NCBI GenBank assembly: GCA_030141605.1
Contig: JAQGDQ010000303.1
Coordinates: forward strand, 1 to 64,000
Direction of reading: 5' to 3'
DNA: 64,000 nt
From: Tubiluchus corallicola
Taxonomy: Eukaryota > Animalia > Priapulida
Shown here: positions 24,862 to 38,240 of the stretch, piece after piece
Position numbering within the stretch: position 1 is the stretch's first letter
How the letters are laid out: each line of letters opens with the position of its first letter
The notes under the pieces: generated by a model
Database searches by the model: none
Seen by the model: only the letters and a program-made list of their open reading frames with translations
Told to the model about the DNA's origin: nothing
Translations under genes and position numbers: made by a program

Positions 24862-25200
24862 TTTATTTATTTATTTATATTTTATTCTTTATTTCAGCTC
24901 GTAGACATAGTCTTAAGCGACAAAAATACAGTAATTACTAAAAAAAACAATTTATAAAAACATATGCTTACAATTTACAGAAAAAAGTAAGAAGAGAAAG
25001 TAGTTAAAATATTTATAAAATTGACATACATTAAAAGTACATTAAAATTGCATTCCAATAAGCAAAAATCTTGAAGCATGTAAAACATCAATATTGTAAG
25101 TTAAATGTTTTAATAAACCATTAAAAGAGTTTGAAACACGGCTTCTAAGATCATATGTACATTTACGTATTATTATTCACTTGACTAACACATCCATCGT
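24862..25200 (-). mobile_element. Short LINE 3'-end remnant
   Basis: (AAAT)n tail with AATAAA on the minus strand and T-rich UTR-like sequence; no intact ORF. Confidence 0.4.
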
Positions 25201-28200
25201 ACTTTTGTACTATAATTGTTCAAGTACAGAACTTTTTTAACAATTTGCTGCTTAATGCTTATGTAGTTGTTTGTATGTAGTTTGTATTGTGTATTTTTAG
25301 TGGTGTCCAAATAATTCACTTTTGAAATTGTAATTATTGTTTTGTAATTTATTGTACATGTATTTCTTCGAAGGCACTAATAAAATTAATATGACATATG
25401 AAAAATTATTGCTTTGCAGTTATGTTGTTGCCTCTCTGTTGTTTGTAAAAACTGGACAAAATTTTATTAAAACTATGGCGTATATCTCACTGTGCCAAAT
25501 GTTCTGAACTACAGTGGTTCAAAAATTACTTATTTGACAAGCAATAGTATGACGAAATAAAAAAATGTTGGTCTAAGCCTATGGAAATTACTTATGGCAC
25601 CGCAATGGTCAATTTTGTGATCCTTGCTATTTTTGGTCTGCATCAATGGTCTGCCTAGCATTTATATACTGCTCAATTTTAGATTATTTGCAGGTGATAG
25701 GAAAATCTTTTATGGCAATTTATGCAAATGCTCTTTTAAATACAATGTAGAACTGACTAAGTTAAATATTTAACTCCCGTGCAACAAATCTGTAATTATT
25801 TTACTCGTAAAGCTATTGGTAACTTTTATCCCTACTTTTTTGGTAACTTTAAACTACGAACACCATTAGTTAATTAGCTAATTACAGTGTTCGCCGTAAT
25901 GAATATGTCCAGTGGTCTTCAAATTATCCAAAGAGTAGCTTAGCTTATTTGAGCAGTACAAGAACAACACAAGCGATATATCACGGAAAAGACTGGATAT
26001 ACGTATGTACGCTAGATTTTGTAGTTGTCAGTTACTTACTCTTTAGTCTTTCATTAGGCTTTATAGTTTTTTAATGATCGTGAAGCTTTTACTACATTTT
26101 AAGTTTTTTGCATTTATTTCACATGTAATGATGAGATATTTCTATTGTTTGTAATGAAACCCGTGTGCCTTGAATATACTGTTTTATAGCAATAATTATT
26201 ACTAAAGAATATATATTAAAACTTGTTTGATTCTGATTCTAATATAATACTAATTTATATATTCTAGTAATGTATAATATTCTATTTATATTCTAGTAAT
26301 ATACATTATGCAAATAAACTCATATTTTACTAAGTGTGTCATTTTTACCTGTGCCATTTTCCATCTGCCATTTTTACTTACATTTATGTCCAAACAACCT
26401 ATACGTTCAGCCATTATGTGGGATATGAGTTTGAAGCCGCAATTGTGGCAACGCATATATAGGTAAGGTTCCTATAAAGCTTTCACACAGAACGGAATAC
26501 ATTTACAGGCAGCTTCAAAACTCGCATGCCCAGATTGCAGTCTCTATTAAAACAGTATTTCTAAAAACTTGTTTCGGGGTGTTGGATAGGGCTGTGTCGA
26601 AATTTGCCTTCATTTATCGAGTACATAGGCCTAATTCACATAAAGAATTGTAAGCCTACTTGAAATTCTAAAGTTAAGAAATGTAATAATGGCTGAGACG
26701 TCTCTAGGAAGAATGTCAGTAAGGTAAAAATATGATTGATTATTGTTAGAGGCGTACCAGTTTAGAGAGCGCCATTCATGTTTAATGTATAACATTGTGC
26801 GAGACAAGCTATCAATTTTGATCAAGCTTGTGCAACAAGAGGTTGCAAATTAACCGTGAACGTGAACGTCGCAAGAAGGAATTTGAATAGCGCATAGATC
26901 ATTAAATATAGGCCTCCACGTGACGCCAAAATGGATATGACAAGGTCTAAGGGCTCCTATAGCGCACTTTGGCAATGGCCGTTTGTGACCTCACGGCCAT
27001 CTAACCTCCTTGACAACAAACTTGGTGATTGCAACCTTGAAATCAGTGCGACTACAAGGTTGTGCAAGAGACTTCAGCGATGCAACACTAGCGCTTGTGA
27101 CCACCGAGCCATCGATTTTGGATGACAGCCGCAAGGGCGAGTGTGTGTCGGGTATTAGTTCTGATGGCTCTAGACCTGCCACCATTTTAAGCTCGATTTT
27201 GGTCATGAAGCTGAATGCGACAGAAAAAATGATCATCTGCGACATTCCTGTTGCCGTTGAGAAAATAGAACGTTCACATACAACTTTCTGGAAGGTCTTG
27301 CAATAGATATGCTTACACATATGGATGTCAAATTTCCTGTGAACTCACACAGACGTAGACAAGTTTAATCATCACCTGCCGTTACATATAAGCAAAGAGA
27401 GTAGTCCAAGTACTGATGAATTTATATGAATATATGGCATTTGTAAATTATGCAGTACTACATTTTTTATGCGCATTTTTATGTGCTTTTACTTTGTATA
27501 CGCATCGGCAGAGAAAGTTTTTACCTACCTGCCTACCTACCTAATCGCCAAAAAATATCACATAAATGTAGATCGCATTACTGATGCTTTTTTAATAGTA
27601 AGCAATATGAATAATAAATATTGTTTTAATACTTTAGTATAGCCATATAAATGAACGTATAAAAATAAGCTTGCTTACTTTGTTTGTTTCTTTCTTTTTT
27701 TTGGTTTTCTTATTTCTTTCTTGTTTTTTCCTTCGTCCTTTCTTCATTCGTTCCACCCTTCCTTTTTCTTTCATTCATTTTTCTATCTTTGTTTCTTTCT
27801 TGCTTTCTAGCTTTCTTGCCTCTATTCTCTCTTAACTGAAAACACAATAACATACACGCGTATATTAAATATATTTGCCACCTATGACTCGGTGCTTACT
27901 CGCGACGGTCTGCGAAGTAGAAGCTATCGATTTCAAATTGAACCGAACGCTTGGGTATCTTATTAATAAACTGCTGGGGAGAAGCGTTGATTAGACAGAG
28001 TCAGTCTTCAAAGGCGTCGACTTATTCTTTCTTAATTTCCCCTGGGAGACCTTTTCATCTTTGTTTACTCTTAAAGCTTTGATGTCAAAATAGGGAGAAC
28101 AAAAAAGAAGTTGTTAAGAAAGCCGTATTTTAACCTTCTCTTGTCTGCAGAGAAAAGTTTTGTTTAGTAAAAAAAGGACACCTAGAACGCCAAAACATGG

Positions 28201-31200
28201 TATAGAAGATTATTTCAATTAACCTTTTTTGCCTCAAAATTCCTGCGGAATTTTGTACATCTTGTGACGTCGCAGTTACATGGTTACTGATTAAGCGGAA
28301 CGTCGCACTTACGATGCTCTCTTATTAGTTGAGGAAAGATTAATGACATTTTATTTAATTAGCTATAAAGCGGGAGACTGTTTTACTCACGATATAAAAA
28401 CATTTATGTACCTGCAAACAAACCTAAAATCACAGTGATGACTGGGCATGTCAAAAAATACCAATTCACTGCAATTATTTCTTCATTGAAAATCTTCGTT
28501 AAAATTTTTGTTCCATCAAGTAAATTACTAGCTATAAAATAGGTTGTATTTTTAAAACCAAATAAGTAATTCAAAATTTCATCTATATTGTAATTGTTTT
28601 TTTGCCGAGGAAGAAGATTATTTTGTTTCTAAACACTTTTAAACAAGTCGAGATAATCGTGTTAAAAGCCGCTCATTGGAATGCAAGCGTTCAGCCGAAG
28701 ATAAAACGGTTCATAAGCTTAATGATTTGCAGATCATTAAATTTTGCTTTTGCATTACTATCTGTAAAATGGCTAACATGAATCTCAAGGATATGGTAAT
28801 AAAACTGAATATGAATAATTTACAATTGTGTATCTGTCAATTTTGTCATTCTAAACTGTTTGCAAGCAGTTAACACTTTTGTGCGACAGAGTCATTGTGA
28901 ATCGGCGTCAGTTGAATTTTCTAAGATAATAACATTATGGCGAAGCTTTATTGCAAAGGGAAGAAACTTTATTCAGTTACAGCTGCTTCGGTGGTTTCAC
29001 TGTAACAGCTGTTGCTGATGATGATGGTTTTTATGGCTACGGCTGCTCTGCTGTTCCTGTTGGTGTTATTGAGGTGTTGCTGTCGTCATTGTTGTTTTCG
29101 TGGTTAGTCTTTGTCACCACAGTTCTCGAGAGAGGCATCAATAAGCTATAGTCCAGAATATTGGGAGTAACAAGACGGTTGGCATTAGCCTGTTTTGCTG
29201 AATAAACGTGAACTGGTTATGACGTAAGCAGGCAATCAAAATAAGTAACTAATTGGGCGCTATGGGTTTTCAATGGTACGGTGCAGTACTGGTAATTAGA
29301 CTTCTATCGATCAAGAGTATAACTGCCAGCCAATACATGCACATATGTTTATTGAACTATCAGTAAAAAACAGAATGCGCCAGCAATAAAAAACGAGACT
29401 GATTTAACTCCTTTTTAACTCATTTAATTATACAATTCAGCTTAAAAAGTATTTTCCGAATATGCGCCATAGTTTGCAATCATTTCGCAGTTTTTAATAG
29501 GTTCCTGTTATTGTCTTTTCCACGATAGATGTACAACTAAAAATGCTAATCTATTAGCGAGCTGACACGCGCATTTATCTGTAAAACTGCTGACTGTTGA
29601 TTCCAAACTGTTTGAAAACGGTGCAAGTAATTAAAAAAAAACTCTCCAACTGAACTGGTGGCTTCTAAAAAGTATGAAACATTATAGCCATAAAGGATAT
29701 AAAGCATGCATGTTTTAAAACCTGTTAAGCATGCTATAAAACGTCCTAAAGGAAACGCCGCTCTTTAATAAAAATGTAATCAACTTCTTCGTAAACCAGC
29801 TGTAGTAATTCTGCTTTACATCTTCTGAACTACATTCGTTCCTAGATGATGTATATGATCAGATTTGGACAAAGAGAGGCGTATAGGCTATTCCAATTGT
29901 GAGGGCTTCCCAATCCACCACGCTCGACCGCGACTAGACAAAGGTGGACGAGAACGTTTAAATCAAAATTTAAAGAAGCGGAGAATGACGACCGGTGTTT
30001 ATAATAATTCTACAATTCACGTATCCTCCTTGGTCATAAAATGATATTGTTAGACACTGTTGCGACTAAAAAGGTGCAAAACCGATGCAAAACCATCTTT
30101 AATAATAATCGTGACATCAGTTACCCACAGCAATTTTAAGCTCAAAATTTATGAAAAATATAAAAAAATAATCTAATTATTTAGAATCCGTCTAATATGA
30201 GCGACAGTTTAACAATGGAAATGATGAATTTGGGTGGTTAGTAGTAAGGGATGAACCTTGTAAGCAGATCCCTAGTTCAAATATAATGTGCAACCCTGCT
30301 TTTTCGTATTTCCTTCTTTCAAGCTTAGTATCAGAATTTAATAAATTATAAATTTGTTCCACCAAAAAAGTGCATAAATGTTAAAATAAAGATGCGAAAT
30401 ACGTTTGCAAAAATCGAATTTGACAAACATTTCTTTGCACACGAAGACATCTTTAGAAAAGTTTAATTGTAATTTAACTGGTATATTCTTTAGAAACGTT
30501 AGTTTACAAATTTTTCGAAGTACGTACTTATAGGTTGGTCAGGATTAATAACAGTGACAGTGCGGTACTTTTAGATCGTACTTGATATCGTCATTATATA
30601 CAGCTCATTCAGGCTAAGGAAAATTAAAAATCTTTTACTTGGTATTCTGTTATCAATCTTCATGTGATTGCTGACTAAAGTATAGGAAAATACTTTTCAT
30701 AAATAACGCTTAAAAATTCGTCTTGATATTTTATATCACTTACATATGCTGTCTTTTACATACATGGCTTGCGTTAGTAGTAACGCTGTACAAATCTTGT
30801 AAATTTAAACTCCCATGATGATCGTTAGGCGCAGCCGTTTTTGTGGTAAATCAATTGAAACAAACAAAGATAACTGTGGGTAAAGTTTGAAAAAATAATC
30901 AGAGCATTTGTAGCACACTTTGCTAGCTAAATAGTCAATTACGTCACATAGTCAATATGATCAATAATGTGTTTTTGATGAATCAGTGGTACACTAGGAT
31001 TGACGTTCTGAAGAAAGACTTATTAAATATTCCACTTGACTTACATAACGTTAATGCTTGGCATGTGGCAGCAAATCGGGGAACATTATGAGTGGTGCTA
31101 TGTTGGATAATGGAAGCAGCTAAGATGACGACTAGGACGGCGATGCAGTGGTATGTTACTAGGTGGCGCGAACATTTCAAAAAATTCAGAATACTCTGTT

Positions 31201-31972
31201 CCAATTGCATAAGTCTTTCAAGCAGGTCAGCGTTATGCTAAGTGATATAACTTTGTATGGAAAGTTTACTGGGATATTCTTTAAAATCCCCTTTCCTTAT
31301 CCTTATCAGTGCACGGAATATCATGGTGAAAACTAACGTCAAGTTGAAATATCCAGCCTTTTCACGCTAGTAAAATTAATCGTCAATAGTTATTAGAGAG
31401 GAATAACTTAGGGAACGCCCACAGATCTATTACTGAATCACAGCGGTACTGGGAAAATTACTGAATGCTTATATAGAGACTAGAATACGCAATGACTGCA
31501 TGCATTACTACGGTGTCAAAAATATTACATTGGCGCAGCCCCCACCGCCAGACTTTAAGGCCCAAGGCTTTACCGAGCCCGTCTCTGGATGGATCGGGAG
31601 ATCGGTCTCCCGATTTTTTTATTTTCAACTTTAGTTTTTTCAGTCTAGTAGTAAGAATATTGGATGTACTGTTCGTTGTTGTTAGCAAACAGTAAGACAT
31701 GTGGAGCTCCTGTCATCCTTCAACAGGGGGTAGAAAAAAATCTAAACTACTCATGTTTTCATAACCACAAATAGTTTGTTTATTGATTATTGATAACTGA
31801 TTGTAATATTTGCAATATAGTATTTGAATTTTATTTTTAGTAACTACTAAAGATAGGCACTCATGCGATTAAAACGTTTGGACAAAAACACTTAAAAAGT
31901 CGTAGGGATCCTTGCAAATCAATTTAAACGTAACAGCCAAATTTAGCGAACGATTCCACAATATTAAACATG

Positions 31973-32156
31973 ATAATACACTAAATGCGGAAACCAGTAA
32001 TTAATCTCGCTTAAAACCACTGTTTCAAGTCCGCAAACTGCGCCGGATATTAGGTATTAGCGATATAATACACTAAATGCGGAAACCAGTAATTAATCTC
32101 GCTTAAAACCACTGTTTCAAGTCCGCAAACTGCGCCGGATATTAGGTATTAGCGAT
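31973..32156. repeat. Exact 92-bp tandem duplication
   Basis: ataatacactaaatgcgg...ggtattagcgat occurs at 31973 and 32065. Confidence 0.95.
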
Positions 32157-34534
32157 TTCTATTACGAACGATGCAGTGTCAAGTGCAGGAAATGAAATCT
32201 TGTGATAGATTTATAAGGTTTCGCAAACAGCAGCGCCCATTATGTGATAAGTGAAGCAAAAAAAACATAGAAGCAAATTTTTTCCGAGTGCACATTTTAC
32301 ATGCACTGGCCTACATGTTAAATATTGGACTGAGTTCGATTTGGCTCGGGAGTCAGTGGGTCGAATTCCAGGATAGCCTGACGACCTTTTAATCACGCAG
32401 TGCGATTACCTATCCTGTATAGTTGTTCTTTAATGCAGCTAATTACTTAACTAATGAGATTCTTTTAACTACTAATGTCATTTAATTAATAATGAATTGT
32501 TTATGAAATACCTCTCGTAGCATGTCATTTAAGACACACAAAATACAGTAGAACACTAGAATAACACTGTAACAAGTTTTGTCAGCACTTACATAACAAA
32601 AAAAAGGGGAGAACAAAATACACGAAAAAAGCTAAGTAACAGCACTCGTACCAGGTCGAAGAGCACCTGTGTCAAAAATCAAGGCTGTAGTGACCTTTCA
32701 TACTAGTATTCCAGGTCAGCTGGCTTCTCAAACCACGTGTAGGCCCAAACAAGACGTCTGGATTTACAAAGAAGCTGCTAACTTGGAAGCACTGCGTGCA
32801 GAGGATTATATGCCTGACCCGACAACAGGTGCCTCCGTAACAATATGATGATCTTATACGGTTTGCTATTGAAATAAAAAAAAGTTACAAGCCTTCATTC
32901 TTGGAGTAGATGGTTCGATTCTACGCCTTGCAAGTCTTTAATTGCTAGAGCAAACATTTTCTGACTTCCAATTATTGTTTTATAGCAACACATTGAACAG
33001 CAAAGATTTGAGTTTATAGCTGTTGCTCGAGTTTAGTATAAATAATTATTATTTAGGTGCTTAGAGTAAAAATCTTAATACTGTATAGGCCAACATTAAC
33101 CATTAAATCTAGAGCCCTGGTTTTAGGCACTAACAGCCTTTAATTGCTTAGCTTAAGATTCTTGTCCAACTAAGTAGCTTTCGTCAATTCGACATGTTAC
33201 TTACACATTATATCCAATATAGTATCCAATATGCTATCCACTATCCCTATGACGATAATTAGTAGTAATTAGTGACTGGAAGTAGCAGCTGATGTTCACA
33301 GTGTATTGACTTCTGGAATGCTCGCCGTTGTGGTATCACCATTGTGTAATAATACTTTTAGCCACTGCAACAGTTTCCCAGTAACTTCAACGTCATTAGT
33401 GTATGTTGTGTATGTCTCACAAATTGTTTAATTGCGCTTATTAATTTCAGCCAAGCCATGGGCAGTAAATGAAGCGCGGTTTCAACAGAGAGAAACCAAA
33501 TCATTTTTCAAGCCCATCGTTTTTTCATTACGTAACCATGATCGCTTTTTGGTTTGCTTGTCTAATTCTTTGCTTCTTCTCCTGGCTTCTGTACAACTAT
33601 ATTTTTATATTGCAGTATAATGGGCATACGAATAACGGCCTATTCTCTTGCTGGCGCAAGAAATCATGTCTGGCGTCTTCGTCTTGAACTGCAGCAAATA
33701 ACCCGCACGTTGACGTATAACTGTAATTACGTAAATTGCTACAATACAACGCTATGATAATGATAACAAAATGAGAAATAGTTTGATAAAATAAACGACC
33801 AGGAAGAGATAGAAAGCTATAAGATAGAAATATCACCGAAAAAAGCCATAGTAAGTTATAAACGTCACCGAAAGTTGCCAATCAAGCCGTCATTGCAGCT
33901 GTCAGAGGCATCAATCATGTCAGTAATACTCAGTGTCATTTTGCTGCAAGATACCCTTAGCACTTAAAAAATGTTTATAACAATGTCAAATTTCTGACGT
34001 TGAGTGGAACAATATACGTATTCATTTTTGCATAAGTGAAACTGCACTTGCAGAATTATTAGTATTACTTGATTGTCTTCGAAAATGCCTGTATTAATAG
34101 CTACAATACATGTAACAAAAGTAGGAGCTTATTAGATATCGGAAGCCAGATTGCTATCAATGTTTTTCCCGTTTTAGTGCGCACTTTCAGTCGCTTATTT
34201 TGCACCCTGGGCCCGGATTCGTCAAGCCAGTTTAACTCGGTACGCTCAAGCATATCATTTGCGAGATGTATGCACACTTGAACAAATTTACGAAATAAAG
34301 AATTATCACCACCATCGACATTCCGACTGTAGTAAGTGTGCTTCTTTCGAAGGAATCATCAAGCGCACTTACGAGGAAGGCAGGATGATTTTTCATATCC
34401 TAGCCCATTTTCAAGTACGGTAAAAAGTGTATATTTTAAAACACCAATAATGCTGCAAAAGCATTTTTGATAATTAAATAGTAGATAAAATCAACTATTG
34501 ATGACGTCACAAACGATCAGAATTTTCAATAGCA

Positions 34535-35860
34535 GAAGTAGTAGTAGCAGTAGTTTTAAAATTAATATTTATAATTTTTAGCTGGGTCATAGTCCAAAAT
34601 GTCTACTTTTCAGAAAACAGTAACATTATACAAAGGTTAAAAACAGTTCACAATAACAAATTTTCATTCAGTGTCAGTAAAAAAATATGGTAATGACTGA
34701 GCTGAGCTTACAGAATTTTACAGAATTGTAACACTTCATTGTGATACTTGCAAGAATTAATGAGTTTTCTTATTCGTAAGCGTCTAAATATTGAAACGGA
34801 TCTCAACTACAAAATTGCTATTCATAGTTGACGTTAAGGTTATAAAGTATACATTGCTGAATGTTTTTTTGTTTCAGCTGTTAAATGACAGTCCATCAAA
34901 ACGTGCTTTTTTGTTTGGATTTCTCCACAATTACATTGTCTCAGTCTTCTATCTACGTTACATGATCTATCAGTTTCAACTTTTAAATAGTGCGCCTGGA
35001 GTCTCAATCGCGTATAGGCAATGCGGTACATCCCAGGTGTTGAATCCGGAATAACGGGTATATGTTGAACTCTTTATATGTCTCTCGTTTAGCTGAGTAA
35101 CTGTTTCTTACTGTATCTGCTAACAGAGACTGTTGCTGCTTATAATACTCACTTACACTGATTCTAGGCAGGTCATTCAAACGTTTATACAAATCACTGC
35201 AGCAGAGCCTTGCTACCTCCGATGCTTGAAGTAACTAACGGCTGATAATTTTCTGGATTGGCTAGTATTTTTGGGCCACATTTTTATCTGTCTTCATTTC
35301 ACCCACGTGGTGAAAGGCGGATATCCAGTCTCAAGAAACACAAGATCATGGCACTTTGAATGTCTGACTGACAATAATGACTTAAGGAGTTCCATGTACG
35401 TTGTGTTGGGCGCAATACTTTGCAGATTGGTGTTCCAAGTCTCTGAACTATGGAACACACCAGATGTAGGAACGCTACCTAAAACTTTTTTTTCTTAATC
35501 CAGAACGGATAGTCACTGTTCTTGTATAATAAAAAGCATGAAATTTAAGAATGACAGCATTCTTATTGGTGATTGGAAACAACTGACTTCATTTTCACAT
35601 CCTCCTATATTGCTGCACCTAAATTCGTATATGCAGTTGTATGTTCTATCACATAATCACCTCTAGTTATTGCTTGTCTATCATCCTCGCTTCCTCCTAT
35701 GACCATGAACTAGAAGGTTTATGTTCATTTCATAATCAGAGCAGAATCGTATTAGACTTCTGATTTTTTTCTGTAAAAATCTCACTGTCAGGAGCAAAAA
35801 TACAGGTGTCATCCATTTGCAATAAGCTACGGAGACATTGTAATCAGCTATCAACACCAA
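34535..35860 (-). mobile_element. 5'-truncated decayed LINE (RT C-terminus plus Cys/His-rich tail)
   Basis: LLQMDDTCIFA near 35800-35825; TRLRLQAHYLKVET...RQCNCGEIQTKKHVLMDC (ORF 34840-35031); (TAC)n-like tail at ~34537-34554. Confidence 0.8.
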
Positions 35861-36369
35861 GAAATTTTATAGCAATACAAGCATTGCTTGTAACAACGTA
35901 CGACAATCAACACGATCAAAGGCCTTTTCAAACTCCATGAATAAGAGAAGTCGCATGGTTCCCTGAGCGTGCTGCACGTGTTTGCGAAAGCGAAAAAAGA
36001 AGTATTATACAGTGCTACTATACAACATTTAATGTGATATACAAAAACTCTGCAAATTTTATGTTTAAAATTCAAATTTCAAATTTACCGCTGTCTTCAC
36101 GCATGAGCTGTGGAACGTGTGTGCTACGTCACAAACGAACGCCTCTGAACTGACAAGTACGGTACCTGTTTTTCGTGCAACTCGTTTCCGAAACACAGGC
36201 GTTAGTGCCCGTCCTACTAGCGAATGGCGAAATGCATGTAATAGCGAAGAATTAGAAGCGCGAGCGAGAAATTACGTTTGTGTGGTAATAATTCTTTCAC
36301 ATAAGTCATCCTTGAAAACATATTGTTCCCTTTCAATGTTAATTTTTAGAGAGAGCAGATTGTTTTGAT

Positions 36370-36700
36370 CTACAGTTTAAGATTGGGTCGGTTTTCCTTT
36401 AAGATAGATTCGTAAGTGGAAGTTGTGATACGAGCAATCAATCCTCCGGCACTCTTAGTTATTCTAAGTACGGCTAAAAAAAATTTATTAAAAGAGTTTC
36501 ATCAATGTGCAAATCAAAATCACTGTTAGCAGAATCTAAAATTTTGAAATTATCAAGTTTAAATGAGTGATGAGTTTGTGAGAAATGCTCACGGGTCGAT
36601 GAGGGTGGCATTGATTTCAGTTGTCTGCCAGTAGCAATTGGCCTGCTCCAATGTTCGTATATGATATTCATCGTTAGCCAAATCTTAATGATCAACTTTC
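36370..36700 (-). mobile_element. Penelope-like GIY-YIG endonuclease C-terminal remnant
   Basis: REHFSQTHHSFKLDNFKILDSANSDFDLHIDETLLI followed by ILKENRPNL resembles the end of Penelope GIY-YIG domains. Confidence 0.55.
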
Positions 36701-38144
36701 GTCTCTGCCCCTGGAATTATTCTGAACTGGTCCTTGTACCTGCTTGTTTACAGTGTTGTTCATCATTTTTGATGCAAAAGTTTCTCTTACTACCACCCAT
36801 AAGCATTGGTCAGAAATAGGTTTTGTTGGGGAGTAACATGACTTAATTTTTTCTGTCATTTTACTTTGTATCACACGATATATGTACGTTATAATTTTGT
36901 ATCTGTCTTGTTTGCTTGTTACAATGTTGATTATTGTATCTTACACTGTATTTTTATTTAGGTGGGTTGTTGCGTGACCGTGACGTCGAATATATCGAAA
37001 CGTTGCAGATGTTGTATCTGAAGAAAAACCCGAATCCTTGCTGGAGTGTGGGCTGGCACTCATTTTTGTATAATAAATTATATGTATTATATCTTAACGG
37101 ACGCCGGTAATACATAATAATAGCAACAAGAGCACAAAAACAATGGTTGCGAGTGTTGTTATTTTATTATTTTAAACGGACGTGATAATTAGTTCAAATT
37201 TTTAGTTAATAAACGTTGTAAGCCATTACATCAAGTGATTCACCTGGTAACCATGCAATCATCTCCAACATTTCTCGTTGATCGAATTGTGTTTATCTGC
37301 CAACAGCTGCATCGGCTAAAGTAGCATCATTGGTGCTGTCTGGCCACTTGGATACGACGTCAGTTACGTTTTCTCTTTATCACATATTACTTGAATAATC
37401 AGGGAATGATACTGCTTTCTGTTCACAAAGTGCTCTTGTTCAGTAAGAGCTTAAAGTTTCATTTAAAATAATGAGATCATCATGATCATCGTCATCGCCG
37501 TCGTCATCGTTTTCATCATAACCATCACCATTCTTATAATTATTACTACAATTACGCTATTTCTATCATTTTTGTTTGATATAATATTGGCGGAAATTAA
37601 GCTTAAAACCCAGCGCAATAAATTAGCTGGCATTTCTATACGGTCTCTGTAAGGCCAATTTTGGTTTATTTTTACCCCAAGGCAACTATATTTTTATTCA
37701 CGTTATGTCACGCATGTTACTTTGAATTATTAAAATAACGTTTAAATGTTCCAATTAGTTTAGGCATAATTATGCTAAGTACCTGGGATGGGTGTGACAC
37801 TCGGTCATCGTCTAAACTGCCGCAATAACCGGCTTCGTTTGCAACCTAGTTTTAACTGTGCGTGTTTCGCGTGTATGGCGATACAGTTGTCGACATAGTT
37901 TTGCTGCTAAATGGTTTACTGCGTAAGAGACAGCGTATGGGTAACCGCAACGTCTAAGTAGAGAATTTTTTGTGAAACGTTAACAAAATCCTGATTAGAA
38001 ATTCACAGATAGGGATCGAGGCGGCGTTTAGAATGGTCAGGATCTTCCGATAGAATCACGGTTGTATATCGCAATGAGGCACCGATAAAAAGTGAGTTTG
38101 TTCATTTCGTTTTTAGCTGCTTATCACGAGTGGCACTCTAGGAT

Positions 38145-38240
38145 TTCTACACTGTGGCAGGCCAACTCCCAGCTATTCTACTCTGTGACAGGCAAACTGC
38201 CAGCTATTCTACTCTGTGACAGGCAAACTATCAGCTATTC
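38145..38240. repeat. 31-bp tandem repeat, ~3 copies
   Basis: Unit ttctactctgtgacaggcaaactgccagcta with few variants. Confidence 0.9.

Noticed and set aside
30225-30290. tRNA gene candidates (also ~3270-3345, ~32330-32390, ~52260-52320)
   Set aside because: Only degenerate A/B-box-like motifs and no cloverleaf; at best old SINE heads.
31510-31625. GC-rich patch with palindrome gggagatcggtctccc
   Set aside because: Looks like one end of a DNA transposon, but no partner TIR or TSD was found.
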